Shown here: piece after piece, positions 35,674-48,161 of the stretch
How the letters are laid out: each line of letters opens with the position of its first letter
Position numbering within the stretch: the stretch's first letter is position 1
DNA from: the human T2T-CHM13v2.0 reference genome, Homo sapiens
DNA: 64,000 nt
Direction: 5' to 3' (one strand)
Assembly: GCF_009914755.1 (NCBI RefSeq)
Contig: NC_060947.1
Made by a program: the position numbers and the translations under genes
Notes under the pieces: generated by a model
What the model saw: the letters and a program-made list of their open reading frames with translations, nothing else
The model's database searches: none
Told to the model about the DNA's origin: nothing

Positions 35674-36251
35674 GAAGGAGTCGATGGGCCTCTTAGGCCG
35701 GAAACCTTACAAGCATAGGACCAAGGCAGAAAAGGTCCAGAGGGTTCATGGTCCTCCGTTCCACCTGAATCCAGCTAGAGAGCGAGCCAGGGGGATAGGT
35801 GTGCCCCTCGTCGCCCGTGCGCTGAGGCACTGTCACGCAAAGAGACATTCACCTTCCACGTCAACGCACCTTTAAGGGCGAGAGCGGTCCGCCGTGCCCA
35901 AGAGGAACGGGATGACATTCAACTGGGACTTGCCTCACCTTGGCTTGGGGGACCTCGAGAGCGGTCCCGTGGGGGCGGTGTTACTCGTGGTGGTAGAAGT
36001 GGAGGGCGTGTCCGGGTACTTGAGTTCATGGGCATCTCTCCCGCCGCCTCTCAGCCTATCTGCACCATGTCTCACACGTTCAGTTGCAGCTCTTACCGTT
36101 TTGAAGGCGCACGTGGGCAAGAAGTCCTGGGCAGCACAAGAAAGTCAATCACGTTGAGACAGAGAGAGCAGGAGAGGAAGTGGGCCCCAGTAGAAGTGGG
36201 CGAGAGAGCGTTGGGTGGGAACGTGGCACGAGAGAGAGAAATTATGAGATT

Positions 36252-36296
<45 letters not shown>

Positions 36297-38641
36297 AGAG
36301 AGAGAGAAAGAGAAAGAGACAGAGAAAAGAAACTATGTTGTTTAAAATGCCAGCGGAAAGTCCATGGGGGTGAAAGAGTCCGGCAATGGCCAGGGAGTTA
36401 GCAGCTTGGCGTAGTGTCTTCCCACTGTTTTGTCTGTCTTGAGAATAGCATTCAACGCGACTGTGTTCCCGCAGCAGACGTTAGGCCGCTGCCCACGCCT
36501 TGAGTGCCGGACGAGGTCAACATAGGCTTTCCGTCACAGAATATGTTTGGGCAGGAAGATCGGAACACTTGGGGCTGGGCCATCTACCGCTCCCCCACGG
36601 CACACACGAGTCGTCAGGGAAATGCCCGCCTCTGTGTGTGTTGTACGTGCAGCCTTCTGGGCAGAGCCGTGGAGAGTTGGACGTAGGCCAGGTGTGAGGA
36701 GGAGAGGTGTGTTTGGGGTGGCCACTGGCTCCCTTCCTGCGTGACGTAGGCTGGCGTGGGCTCTTCCCCCAGCCCCTTGCCGGTGCTGCCACGTGAGAAG
36801 GGCCCGGGTGCCGGTCCCGCTATTCCGGAATTGTGGGTTCACCTGAAGTTTGAGGCCAAACCCCCAGCGGTCAGTGGGACGCCAGTCGCCTTTGACCTCT
36901 TGGTCAAGCTGGCCTTGCCGTGACCCGTGAGAATGCCCAAGTGCCAATGTGTCCCGGGGGGCAGGGCCGGGGCTGGGATCCTAGTGTGTGCCCAGTCTCC
37001 TTCTCGTCCCTGCGGGTTCCACCATCCTCCCATCCTAACGCATCGTTAGGGATGCGGTTAGGTCGGGTCCATCCCCAGGGCGGTCCAAGGGGACCGCTTT
37101 CTGGTTTGTCAGGAAGGCAGGCTAGTAAGAAGGGTCCCGCCGAGTCCCATCTGCCAAGGACAGGGTCCCGCAGGTGGGCCAGGGCTGGCCCAAAGCGGCC
37201 GAGATGCTGATCCGCCATGTGCGGGGCGCTGTTGGCGTTTTTTCCTCAGCAAAGGGCGGAGGGAGTGGATGTGGGGGAAGGGCAGGTGGGCATTTCTGGA
37301 GCAATACTGCCATCAAGAGGAACTGGCTTGGCAATCCCGCGCACCCTTCGCTGTGCTCGCCTGGGGAGGAGTGGCTTGGGACTGTCCTGGGGGACCAGGC
37401 AGGACTAGGGCAGGTGCTCGGACGGATCCGAGGTCTCTGGAGGTCCGAGAGAAGCAGGCTCCGCCGCGGGGTCGGGCGGTGGAAGCCCCAGAGAGAGGCG
37501 CCAGGACTAGCTGGACAGCCAGGACGCCGGGCCGTTCCCGGACAGGAAGCCACGGCTCGGGAGCCTGGTGGCGGCCATGATCTGGGCGGGACCAGCGGAG
37601 GCCTCCGCCAGGGAGCCTGGGCTCGGGGCCTTGGGCAGTTTGCCTGGTGCCCCTTCCCGTGGGAGCAACCGGGGTGACGGCCTAGCTGGGTCCTCGGCCC
37701 GGGAGGCTCCGTCGGCCACACTGCACGCCTGCGGTGTGAGGAGGGCCGACTGCCAGTGCTGAGTTCCGTGGCCATTGGCGCGGGTGCCCGCCGCTGCTGG
37801 CCGGCGCCGGGGCGTTCCTCCTTGCGTCCTAGGGAGGAAGGTGGGCCGCGGGGCATCCCGCGGGGCCCGTACCCAGACGGTTCTTGACGAGGTGGACGCA
37901 AGGCCAGGCCCGGCCCGGCCCGGCCCGGCCCGGCCACCCTCAGACGCCGCGCACCCGCCTTGTTGAGACTTGCCACCCTGTCTTGTTGTGTCCATGTCCC
38001 CGAGGTTGTCTTGGAGGCGGGCCGTTCCCCGTGGTGCTCATTTCTGCCTGGGGGCCTTCCGGGGACCCCGCTTGTCTTTGGGGGTGCGCAGGCCGTTGCC
38101 CTGCGATCAGAGGCGCACCGACCGATGAGTTCGGTGGCAAAGCTTGAGAAATGGAGACTCTCTGGGCATCGGCTAAGGGGGCCCGGGGCCTTCCCAGGCC
38201 TGCTGGAGTCCGGGAAGCCGGGGGCACCCAGAAGGAAGGACCCGTCGGACTCTGCCTGGGGACAGCCTGCTCTGCGCCAGAAGGGTCCGCTGCTCAGGCA
38301 GCATCCCCGTGCCTCTCCTCCAGTGGGTCCCTCAGGTAGAATCGGGGCAGGCCCCACTGGACGTGCAGGGAGGAGGCTCGGAGGATGCATCCTTTGCAGG
38401 ACCCGGTCTGGTACAGCAGCAGACGGAGCCATCTCCCGGGGCTTTCTGGCTTCTCCGAGGGTGTTCAGGAGTCTCCCAAGTGCGCAGGGGCTCGTGCCCA
38501 AAGGGTGGAGGTCGGCACCGCTTCGCTCAATTCAGGAGTGGAGAAGGAAGCTAGAGGACCCTCTGGAGGTGGCAGGTTTAATGTCCTGCTTTTTTATTTA
38601 TTTATTTATTTATTTATTTTGTAATCAACTGAAAGAAGGCA
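35674..38641 (+). repeat. Monomer 13 (2968 bp)
   Basis: Twin of monomer 4 (ggaTgt at 37270) but (TTTA)6. Confidence 0.95.
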
Positions 38642-39216
38642 GAAGGAGTCGATGGGCCTCTTAGGCCGGAAACCTTACAAGCATAGGACCAAGGCAGAAA
38701 AGGTCCAGAGGGTTCATGGTCCTCCGTTCCACCTGAATCCAGCTAGAGAGCGAGCCAGGGGGATAGGTGTGCCCCTCGTCGCCCGTGCGCTGAGGCACTG
38801 TCACGCAAAGAGACATTCACCTTCCACGTCAACGCACCTTTAAGGGCGAGAGCGGTCCGCCGTGCCCAAGAGGAACGGGATGACATTCAACTGGGACTTG
38901 CCTCACCTTGGCTTGGGGGACCTCGAGAGCGGTCCCGTGGGGGCGGTGTTACTCGTGGTGGTAGAAGTGGAGGGCGTGTCCGGGTACTTGAGTTCATGGG
39001 CATCTCTCCCGCCGCCTCTCAGCCTATCTGCACCATGTCTCACACGTTCAGTTGCAGCTCTTACCGTTTTGAAGGCGCACGTGGGCAAGAAGTCCTGGGC
39101 AGCACAAGAAAGTCAATCACGTTGAGACAGAGAGAGCAGGAGAGGAAGTGGGCCCCAGCAGAAGTGGGCGAGAGAGCGTTGGGTGGGAACATGGCACGAG
39201 AGAGAGAAATTATGAG

Positions 39217-39264
<48 letters not shown>

Positions 39265-41561
39265 AGAGAGAGAGAAAGAGAAAGAGACAGAGAAAAGAAA
39301 CTATGTTGTTTAAAATGCCAGCGGAAAGTCCATGGGGGTGAAAGAGTCCGGCAATGGCCAGGGAGTTAGCAGCTTGGCGTAGTGTCTTCCCACTGTTTTG
39401 TCTGTCTTGAGAATAGCATTCAACGCGACTGTGTTCCCGCAGCAGACGTTAGGCCGCTGCCCACGCCTTGAGTGCCGGACGAGGTCAACATAGGCTTTCC
39501 GTCACAGAATATGTTTGGGCAGGAAGATCGGAACACTTGGGGCTGGGCCATCTACCGCTCCCCCACGGCACACACGAGTCGTCAGGGAAATGCCCGCCTC
39601 TGTGTGTGTTGTACGTGCAGCCTTCTGGGCAGAGCCGTGGAGAGTTGGACGTAGGCCAGGTGTGAGGAGGAGAGGTGTGTTTGGGGTGGCCACTGGCTCC
39701 CTTCCTGCGTGACGTAGGCTGGCGTGGGCTCTTCCCCCAGCCCCTTGCCGGTGCTGCCACGTGAGAAGGGCCCGGGTGCCGGTCCCGCTATTCCGGAATT
39801 GTGGGTTCACCTGAAGTTTGAGGCCAAACCCCCAGCGGTCAGTGGGACGCCAGTCGCCTTTGACCTCTTGGTCAAGCTGGCCTTGCCGTGACCCGTGAGA
39901 ATGCCCAAGTGCCAATGTGTCCCGGGGGGCAGGGCCGGGGCTGGGATCCTAGTGTGTGCCCAGTCTCCTTCTCGTCCCTGCGGGTTCCACCATCCTCCCA
40001 TCCTAACGCATCGTTAGGGATGCGGTTAGGTCGGGTCCATCCCCAGGGCGGTCCAAGGGGACCGCTTTCTGGTTTGTCAGGAAGGCAGGCTAGTAAGAAG
40101 GGTCCCGCCGAGTCCCATCTGCCAAGGACAGGGTCCCGCAGGTGGGCCAGGGCTGGCCCAAAGCGGCCGAGATGCTGATCCGCCATGTGCGGGGCGCTGT
40201 TGGCGTTTTTTCCTCAGCAAAGGGCGGAGGGAGTGGACGTGGGGGAAGGGCAGGTGGGCATTTCTGGAGCAATACTGCCATCAAGGGGAACTGGCTTGGC
40301 AATCCCGCGCACCCTTCGCTGTGCTCGCCTGGGGAGGAGTGGTTTGGGACTGTCCTGGGGGACCAGGCAGGACTAGGGCAGGTGCTCGGACGGATCCGAG
40401 GTCTCTGGAGGTCCGAGAGAAGCAGGCTCCGCCGCGGGGTCGGGCGGTGGAAGCCCCAGAGAGAGGCGCCAGGACTAGCTGGACAGCCAGGACGCCGGGC
40501 CGTTCCCGGACAGGAAGCCACGGCTCGGGAGCCTGGTGGCGGCCATGATCTGGGCGGGACCAGCGGAGGCCTCCGCCAGGGAGCCTGGGCTCGGGGCCTT
40601 GGGCAGTTTGCCTGGTGCCCCTTCCCGTGGGAGCAACCGGGGTGACGGCCTAGCTGGGTCCTCGGCCCGGGAGGCTCCGTCGGCCACACTGCACGCCTGC
40701 GGTGTGAGGAGGGCCGACTGCCAGTGCTGAGTTCCGTGGCCATTGGCGCGGGTGCCCGCCGCTGCTGGCCGGCGCCGGGGCGTTCCTCCTTGCGTCCTAG
40801 GGAGGAAGGTGGGCCGCGGGGCATCCCGCGGGGCCCGTACCCAGACGGTTCTTGACGAGGTGGACGCAAGGCCAGGCCCGGCCCGGCCCGGCCCGGCCCG
40901 GCCACCCTCAGACGCCGCGCACCCGCCTTGTTGAGACTTGCCACCCTGTCTTGTTGTGTCCATGTCCCCGAGGTTGTCTTGGAGGCGGGCCGTTCCCCGT
41001 GGTGCTCATTTCTGCCTGGGGGCCTTCCGGGGACCCCGCTTGTCTTTGGGGGTGCGCAGGCCCTTGCCCTGCGATCAGAGGCGCACCGACCGATGAGTTC
41101 GGTGGCAAAGCTTGAGAAATGGAGACTCTCTGGGCATCGGCTAAGGGGGCCCGGGGCCTTCCCAGGCCTGCTGGAGTCCGGGAAGCCGGGGGCACCCAGA
41201 AGGAAGGACCCGTCGGACTCTGCCTGGGGACAGCCTGCTCCGCGCCAGAAGGGTCCGCTGCTCAGGCAGCATCCCCGTGCCTCTCCTCCAGTGGGTCCCT
41301 CAGGTAGAATCGGGGCAGGCCCCACTGGACGTGCAGGGAGGAGGCTCGGAGGATGCATCCTTTGCAGGACCCGGTCTGGTACAGCAGCAGACGGAGCCAT
41401 CTCCCGGGGCTTTCTGGCTTCTCCGAGGGTGTTCAGGAGTCTCCCAAGTGCACAGGGGCTCGTGCCCAAAGGGTGGAGGTCGGCACCGCTTCGCTCAATT
41501 CAGGAGTGGAGAAGGAAGCTAGAGGACCCTCTGGAGGTGGCAGGTTTAATGTCCTGCTTTT

Positions 41562-41592
<31 letters not shown>

Positions 41593-41617
41593 TTTTGTAA
41601 TCAACTGAAAGAAGGCA
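38642..41617 (+). repeat. Monomer 14 (2976 bp)
   Basis: Twin of monomer 5; private gaacAtg (39191). Confidence 0.95.
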
Positions 41618-44519
41618 GAAGGAGTCGATGGGCCTCTTAGGCCGGAAACCTTACAAGCATAGGACCAAGGCAGAAAAGGTCCAGAGGGTTCATGGTCCTC
41701 CGTTCCACCTGAATCCAGCTAGAGAGCGAGCCAGGGGGATAGGTGTGCCCCTCGTCGCCCGTGCGCTGAGGCACTGTCACGCAAAGAGACATTCACCTTC
41801 CACGTCAACGCACCTTTAAGGGCGAGAGCGGTCCGCCGTGCCCAAGAGGAACGGGATGACATTCAACTGGGACTTGCCTCACCTTGGCTTGGGGGACCTC
41901 GAGAGCGGTCCCGTGGGGGCGGTGTTACTCGTGGTGGTAGAAGTGGAGGGCGTGTCCGGGTACTTGAGTTCATGGGCATCTCTCCCGCCGCCTCTCAGCC
42001 TATCTGCACCATGTCTCACACGTTCAGTTGCAGCTCTTACCGTTTTGAAGGCGCACGTGGGCAAGAAGTCCTGGGCAGCACAAGAAAGTCAATCACGTTG
42101 AGACAGAGAGAGCAGGAGAGGAAGTGGGCCCCAGTAGAAGTGGGCGAGAGAGCGTTGGGTGGGAACGTGGCACGAGAGAGAGAAATTATGAGATTGACAG
42201 AGAGAGAGAGAGAGAGAGAGAAAGAGAAAGAGAGAGAGAAAGAGAAAGAGACAGAGAAAAGAAACTATGTTGTTTAAAATGCCAGCGGAAAGTCCATGGG
42301 GGTGAAAGAGTCCGGCAATGGCCAGGGAGTTAGCAGCTTGGCGTAGTGTCTTCCCACTGTTTTGTCTGTCTTGAGAATAGCATTCAACGCGACTGTGTTC
42401 CCGCAGCAGACGTTAGGCCGCTGCCCACGCCTTGAGTGCCGGACGAGGTCAACATAGGCTTTCCGTCACAGAATATGTTTGGGCAGGAAGATCGGAACAC
42501 TTGGGGCTGGGCCATCTACCGCTCCCCCACGGCACACACGAGTCGTCAGGGAAATGCCCGCCTCTGTGTGTGTTGTACGTGCAGCCTTCTGGGCAGAGCC
42601 GTGGAGAGTTGGACGTAGGCCAGGTGTGAGGAGGAGAGGTGTGTTTGGGGTGGCCACTGGCTCCCTTCCTGCGTGACGTAGGCTGGCGTGGGCTCTTCCC
42701 CCAGCCCCTTGCCGGTGCTGCCACGTGAGAAGGGCCCGGGTGCCGGTCCCGCTATTCCGGAATTGTGGGTTCACCTGAAGTTTGAGGCCAAACCCCCAGC
42801 GGTCAGTGGGACGCCAGTCGCCTTTGACCTCTTGGTCAAGCTGGCCTTGCCGTGACCCGTGAGAATGCCCAAGTGCCAATGTGTCCCGGGGGGCAGGGCC
42901 GGGGCTGGGATCCTAGTGTGTGCCCAGTCTCCTTCTCGTCCCTGCGGGTTCCACCATCCTCCCATCCTAACGCATCGTTAGGGATGCGGTTAGGTCGGGT
43001 CCATCCCCAGGGCGGTCCAAGGGGACCGCTTTCTGGTTTGTCAGGAAGGCAGGCTAGTAAGAAGGGTCCCGCCGAGTCCCATCTGCCAAGGACAGGGTCC
43101 CGCAGGTGGGCCAGGGCTGGCCCAAAGCGGCCGAGATGCTGATCCGCCATGTGCGGGGCGCTGTTGGCGTTTTTTCCTCAGCAAAGGGCGGAGGGAGTGG
43201 ACGTGGGGGAAGGGCAGGTGGGCATTTCTGGAGCAATACTGCCATCAAGGGGAACTGGCTTGGCAATCCCGCGCACCCTTCGCTGTGCTCGCCTGGGGAG
43301 GAGTGGCTTGGGACTGTCCTGGGGGACCAGGCAGGACTAGGGCAGGTGCTCGGACGGATCCGAGGTCTCTGGAGGTCCGAGAGAAGCAGGCTCCGCCGCG
43401 GGGTCGGGCGGTGGAAGCCCCAGAGAGAGGCGCCAGGACTAGCTGGACAGCCAGGACGCCGGGCCGTTCCCGGACAGGAAGCCACGGCTCGGGAGCCTGG
43501 TGGCGGCCATGATCTGGGCGGGACCAGCGGAGGCCTCCGCCAGGGAGCCTGGGCTCGGGGCCTTGGGCAGTTTGCCTGGTGCCCCTTCCCGTGGGAGCAA
43601 CCGGGGTGACGGCCTAGCTGGGTCCTCGGCCCGGGAGGCTCCGTCGGCCACACTGCACGCCTGCGGTGTGAGGAGGGCCGACTGCCAGTGCTGAGTTCCG
43701 TGGCCATTGGCGCGGGTGCCCGCCGCTGCTGGCCGGCGCCGGGGCGTTCCTCCTTGCGTCCTAGGGAGGAAGGTGGGCCGCGGGGCATCCCGCGGGGCCC
43801 GTACCCAGACGGTTCTTGACGAGGTGGACGCAAGGCCAGGCCCGGCCCGGCCCGGCCCGGCCACCCTCAGACGCCGCGCACCCGCCTTGTTGAGACTTGC
43901 CACCCTGTCTTGTTGTGTCCATGTCCCCGAGGTTGTCTTGGAGGCGGGCCGTTCCCCGTGGTGCTCATTTCTGCCTGGGGGCCTTCCGGGGACCCCGCTT
44001 GTCTTTGGGGGTGCGCAGGCCCTTGCCCTGCGATCAGAGGCGCACCGACCGATGAGTTCGGTGGCAAAGCTTGAGAAATGGAGACTCTCTGGGCATCGGC
44101 TAAGGGGGCCCGGGGCCTTCCCAGGCCTGCTGGAGTCCGGGAAGCCGGGGGCACCCAGAAGGAAGGACCCGTCGGACTCTGCCTGGGGACAGCCTGCTCC
44201 GCGCCAGAAGGGTCCGCTGCTCAGGCAGCATCCCCGTGCCTCTCCTCCAGTGGGTCCCTCAGGTAGAATCGGGGCAGGCCCCACTGGACGTGCAGGGAGG
44301 AGGCTCGGAGGATGCATCCTTTGCAGGACCCGGTCTGGTACAGCAGCAGACGGAGCCATCTCCCGGGGCTTTCTGGCTTCTCCGAGGGTGTTCAGGAGTC
44401 TCCCAAGTGCACAGGGGCTCGTGCCCAAAGGGTGGAGGTCGCACCGCTTCGCTCAATTCAGGAGTGGAGAAGGAAGCTAGAGGACCCTCTGGAGGTGGCA
44501 GGTTTAATGTCCTGCTTTT

Positions 44520-44562
<43 letters not shown>

Positions 44563-44587
44563 TTTTGTAATCAACTGAAAGAAGGCA
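41618..44587 (+). repeat. Monomer 15 (2970 bp)
   Basis: Twin of monomer 6 (gtcgcacc deletion ~44441). Confidence 0.95.
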
Positions 44588-45162
44588 GAAGGAGTCGATG
44601 GGCCTCTTAGGCCGGAAACCTTACAAGCATAGGACCAAGGCAGAAAAGGTCCAGAGGGTTCATGGTCCTCCGTTCCACCTGAATCCAGCTAGAGAGCGAG
44701 CCAGGGGGATAGGTGTGCCCCTCGTCGCCCGTGCGCTGAGGCACTGTCACGCAAAGAGACATTCACCTTCCACGTCAACGCACCTTTAAGGGCGAGAGCG
44801 GTCCGCCGTGCCCAAGAGGAACGGGATGACATTCAACTGGGACTTGCCTCACCTTGGCTTGGGGGACCTCGAGAGCAGTCCCGTGGGGGCGGTGTTACTC
44901 GTGGTGGTAGAAGTGGAGGGCGTGTCCGGGTACTTGAGTTCATGGGCATCTCTCCCGCCGCCTCTCAGCCTATCTGCACCATGTCTCACACGTTCAGTTG
45001 CAGCTCTTACCGTTTTGAAGGCGCACGTGGGCAAGAAGTCCTGGGCAGCACAAGAAAGTCAATCACGTTGAGACAGAGAGAGCAGGAGAGGAAGTGGGCC
45101 CCAGCAGAAGTGGGCGAGAGAGCGTTGGGTGGGAACGTGGCACGAGAGAGAGAAATTATGAG

Positions 45163-45202
<40 letters not shown>

Positions 45203-47494
45203 AGAGAGAGAGAAAGAGAAAGAGACAGAGAAAAGAAACTATGTTGTTTAAAATGCCAGCGGAAAGTCCATGGGGGTGAAAGAGTCCGGCAATGGCCAGG
45301 GAGTTAGCAGCTTGGCGTAGTGTCTTCCCACTGTTTTGTCTGTCTTGAGAATAGCATTCAACGCGACTGTGTTCCCGCAGCAGACGTTAGGCCGCTGCCC
45401 ACGCCTTGAGTGCCGGACGAGGTCAACATAGGCTTTCCGTCACAGAATATGTTTGGGCAGGAAGATCGGAACACTTGGGGCTGGGCCATCTACCGCTCCC
45501 CCACGGCACACACGAGTCGTCAGGGAAATGCCCGCCTCTGTGTGTGTTGTACGTGCAGCCTTCTGGGCAGAGCCGTGGAGAGTTGGACGTAGGCCAGGTG
45601 TGAGGAGGAGAGGTGTGTTTGGGGTGGCCACTGGCTCCCTTCCTGCGTGACGTAGGCTGGCGTGGGCTCTTCCCCCAGCCCCTTGCCGGTGCTGCCACGT
45701 GAGAAGGGCCCGGGTGCCGGTCCCGCTATTCCGGAATTGTGGGTTCACCTGAAGTTTGAGGCCAAACCCCCAGCGGTCAGTGGGACGCCAGTCGCCTTTG
45801 ACCTCTTGGTCAAGCTGGCCTTGCCGTGACCCGTGAGAATGCCCAAGTGCCAATGTGTCCCGGGGGGCAGGGCCGGGGCTGGGATCCTAGTGTGTGCCCA
45901 GTCTCCTTCTCGTCCCTGCGGGTTCCACCATCCTCCCATCCTAACGCATCGTTAGGGATGCGGTTAGGTCGGGTCCATCCCCAGGGCGGTCCAAGGGGAC
46001 CGCTTTCTGGTTTGTCAGGAAGGCAGGCTAGTAAGAAGGGTCCCGCCGAGTCCCATCTGCCAAGGACAGGGTCCCGCAGGTGGGCCAGGGCTGGCCCAAA
46101 GCGGCCGAGATGCTGATCCGCCATGTGCGGGGCGCTGTTGGCGTTTTTTCCTCAGCAAAGGGCGGAGGGAGTGGACGTGGGGGAAGGGCAGGTGGGCATT
46201 TCTGGAGCAATACTGCCATCAAGGGGAACTGGCTTGGCAATCCCGCGCACCCTTCGCTGTGCTCGCCTGGGGAGGAGTGGTTTGGGACTGTCCTGGGGGA
46301 CCAGGCAGGACTAGGGCAGGTGCTCGGACGGATCCGAGGTCTCTGGAGGTCCGAGAGAAGCAGGCTCCGCCGCGGGGTCGGGCGGTGGAAGCCCCAGAGA
46401 GAGGCGCCAGGACTAGCTGGACAGCCAGGACGCCGGGCCGTTCCCGGACAGGAAGCCACGGCTCGGGAGCCTGGTGGCGGCCATGATCTGGGCGGGACCA
46501 GCGGAGGCCTCCGCCAGGGAGCCTGGGCTCGGGGCCTTGGGCAGTTTGCCTGGTGCCCCTTCCCGTGGGAGCAACCGGGGTGACGGCCTAGCTGGGTCCT
46601 CGGCCCGGGAGGCTCCGTCGGCCACACTGCACGCCTGCGGTGTGAGGAGGGCCGACTGCCAGTGCTGAGTTCCGTGGCCATTGGCGCGGGTGCCCGCCGC
46701 TGCTGGCCGGCGCCGGGGCGTTCCTCCTTGCGTCCTAGGGAGGAAGGTGGGCCGCGGGGCATCCCGCGGGGCCCGTACCCAGACGGTTCTTGACGAGGTG
46801 GACGCAAGGCCAGGCCCGGCCCGGCCCGGCCCGGCCACCCTCAGACGCCGCGCACCCGCCTTGTTGAGACTTGCCACCCTGTCTTGTTGTGTCCATGTCC
46901 CCGAGGTTGTCTTGGAGGCGGGCCGTTCCCCGTGGTGCTCATTTCTGCCTGGGGGCCTTCCGGGGACCCCGCTTGTCTTTGGGGGTGCGCAGGCCCTTGC
47001 CCTGCGATCAGAGGCGCACCGACCGATGAGTTCGGTGGCAAAGCTTGAGAAATGGAGACTCTCTGGGCATCGGCTAAGGGGGCCCGGGGCCTTCCCAGGC
47101 CTGCTGGAGTCCGGGAAGCCGGGGGCACCCAGAAGGAAGGACCCGTCGGACTCTGCCTGGGGACAGCCTGCTCCGCGCCAGAAGGGTCCGCTGCTCAGGC
47201 AGCATCCCCGTGCCTCTCCTCCAGTGGGTCCCTCAGGTAGAATCGGGGCAGGCCCCACTGGACGTGCAGGGAGGAGGCTCGGAGGATGCATCCTTTGCAG
47301 GACCCGGTCTGGTACAGCAGCAGACGGAGCCATCTCCCGGGGCTTTCTGGCTTCTCCGAGGGTGTTCAGGAGTCTCCCAAGTGCACAGGGGCTCGTGCCC
47401 AAAGGGTGGAGGTCGGCACCGCTTCGCTCAATTCAGGAGTGGAGAAGGAAGCTAGAGGACCCTCTGGAGGTGGCAGGTTTAATGTCCTGCTTTT

Positions 47495-47525
<31 letters not shown>

Positions 47526-47550
47526 TTTTGTAATCAACTGAAAGAAGGCA
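44588..47550 (+). repeat. Monomer 16 (2963 bp)
   Basis: Twin of monomer 7; GA tract 4 bp longer. Confidence 0.95.
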
Positions 47551-48128
47551 GAAGGAGTCGATGGGCCTCTTAGGCCGGAAACCTTACAAGCATAGGACCA
47601 AGGCAGAAAAGGTCCAGAGGGTTCATGGTCCTCCGTTCCACCTGAATCCAGCTAGAGAGCGAGCCAGGGGGATAGGTGTGCCCCTCGTCGCCCGTGCGCT
47701 GAGGCACTGTCACGCAAAGAGACATTCACCTTCCACGTCAACGCACCTTTAAGGGCGAGAGCGGTCCGCCGTGCCCAAGAGGAACGGGATGACATTCAAC
47801 TGGGACTTGCCTCACCTTGGCTTGGGGGACCTCGAGAGCGGTCCCGTGGGGGCGGTGTTACTCGTGGTGGTAGAAGTGGAGGGCGTGTCCGGGTACTTGA
47901 GTTCATGGGCATCTCTCCCGCCGCCTCTCAGCCTATCTGCACCATGTCTCACACGTTCAGTTGCAGCTCTTACCGTTTTGAAGGCGCACGTGGGCAAGAA
48001 GTCCTGGGCAGCACAAGAAAGTCAATCACGTTGAGACAGAGAGAGCAGGAGAGGAAGTGGGCCCCAGTAGAAGTGGGCGAGAGAGCGTTGGGTGGGAACG
48101 TGGCACGAGAGAGAGAAATTATGAGATT

Positions 48129-48161
<33 letters not shown>

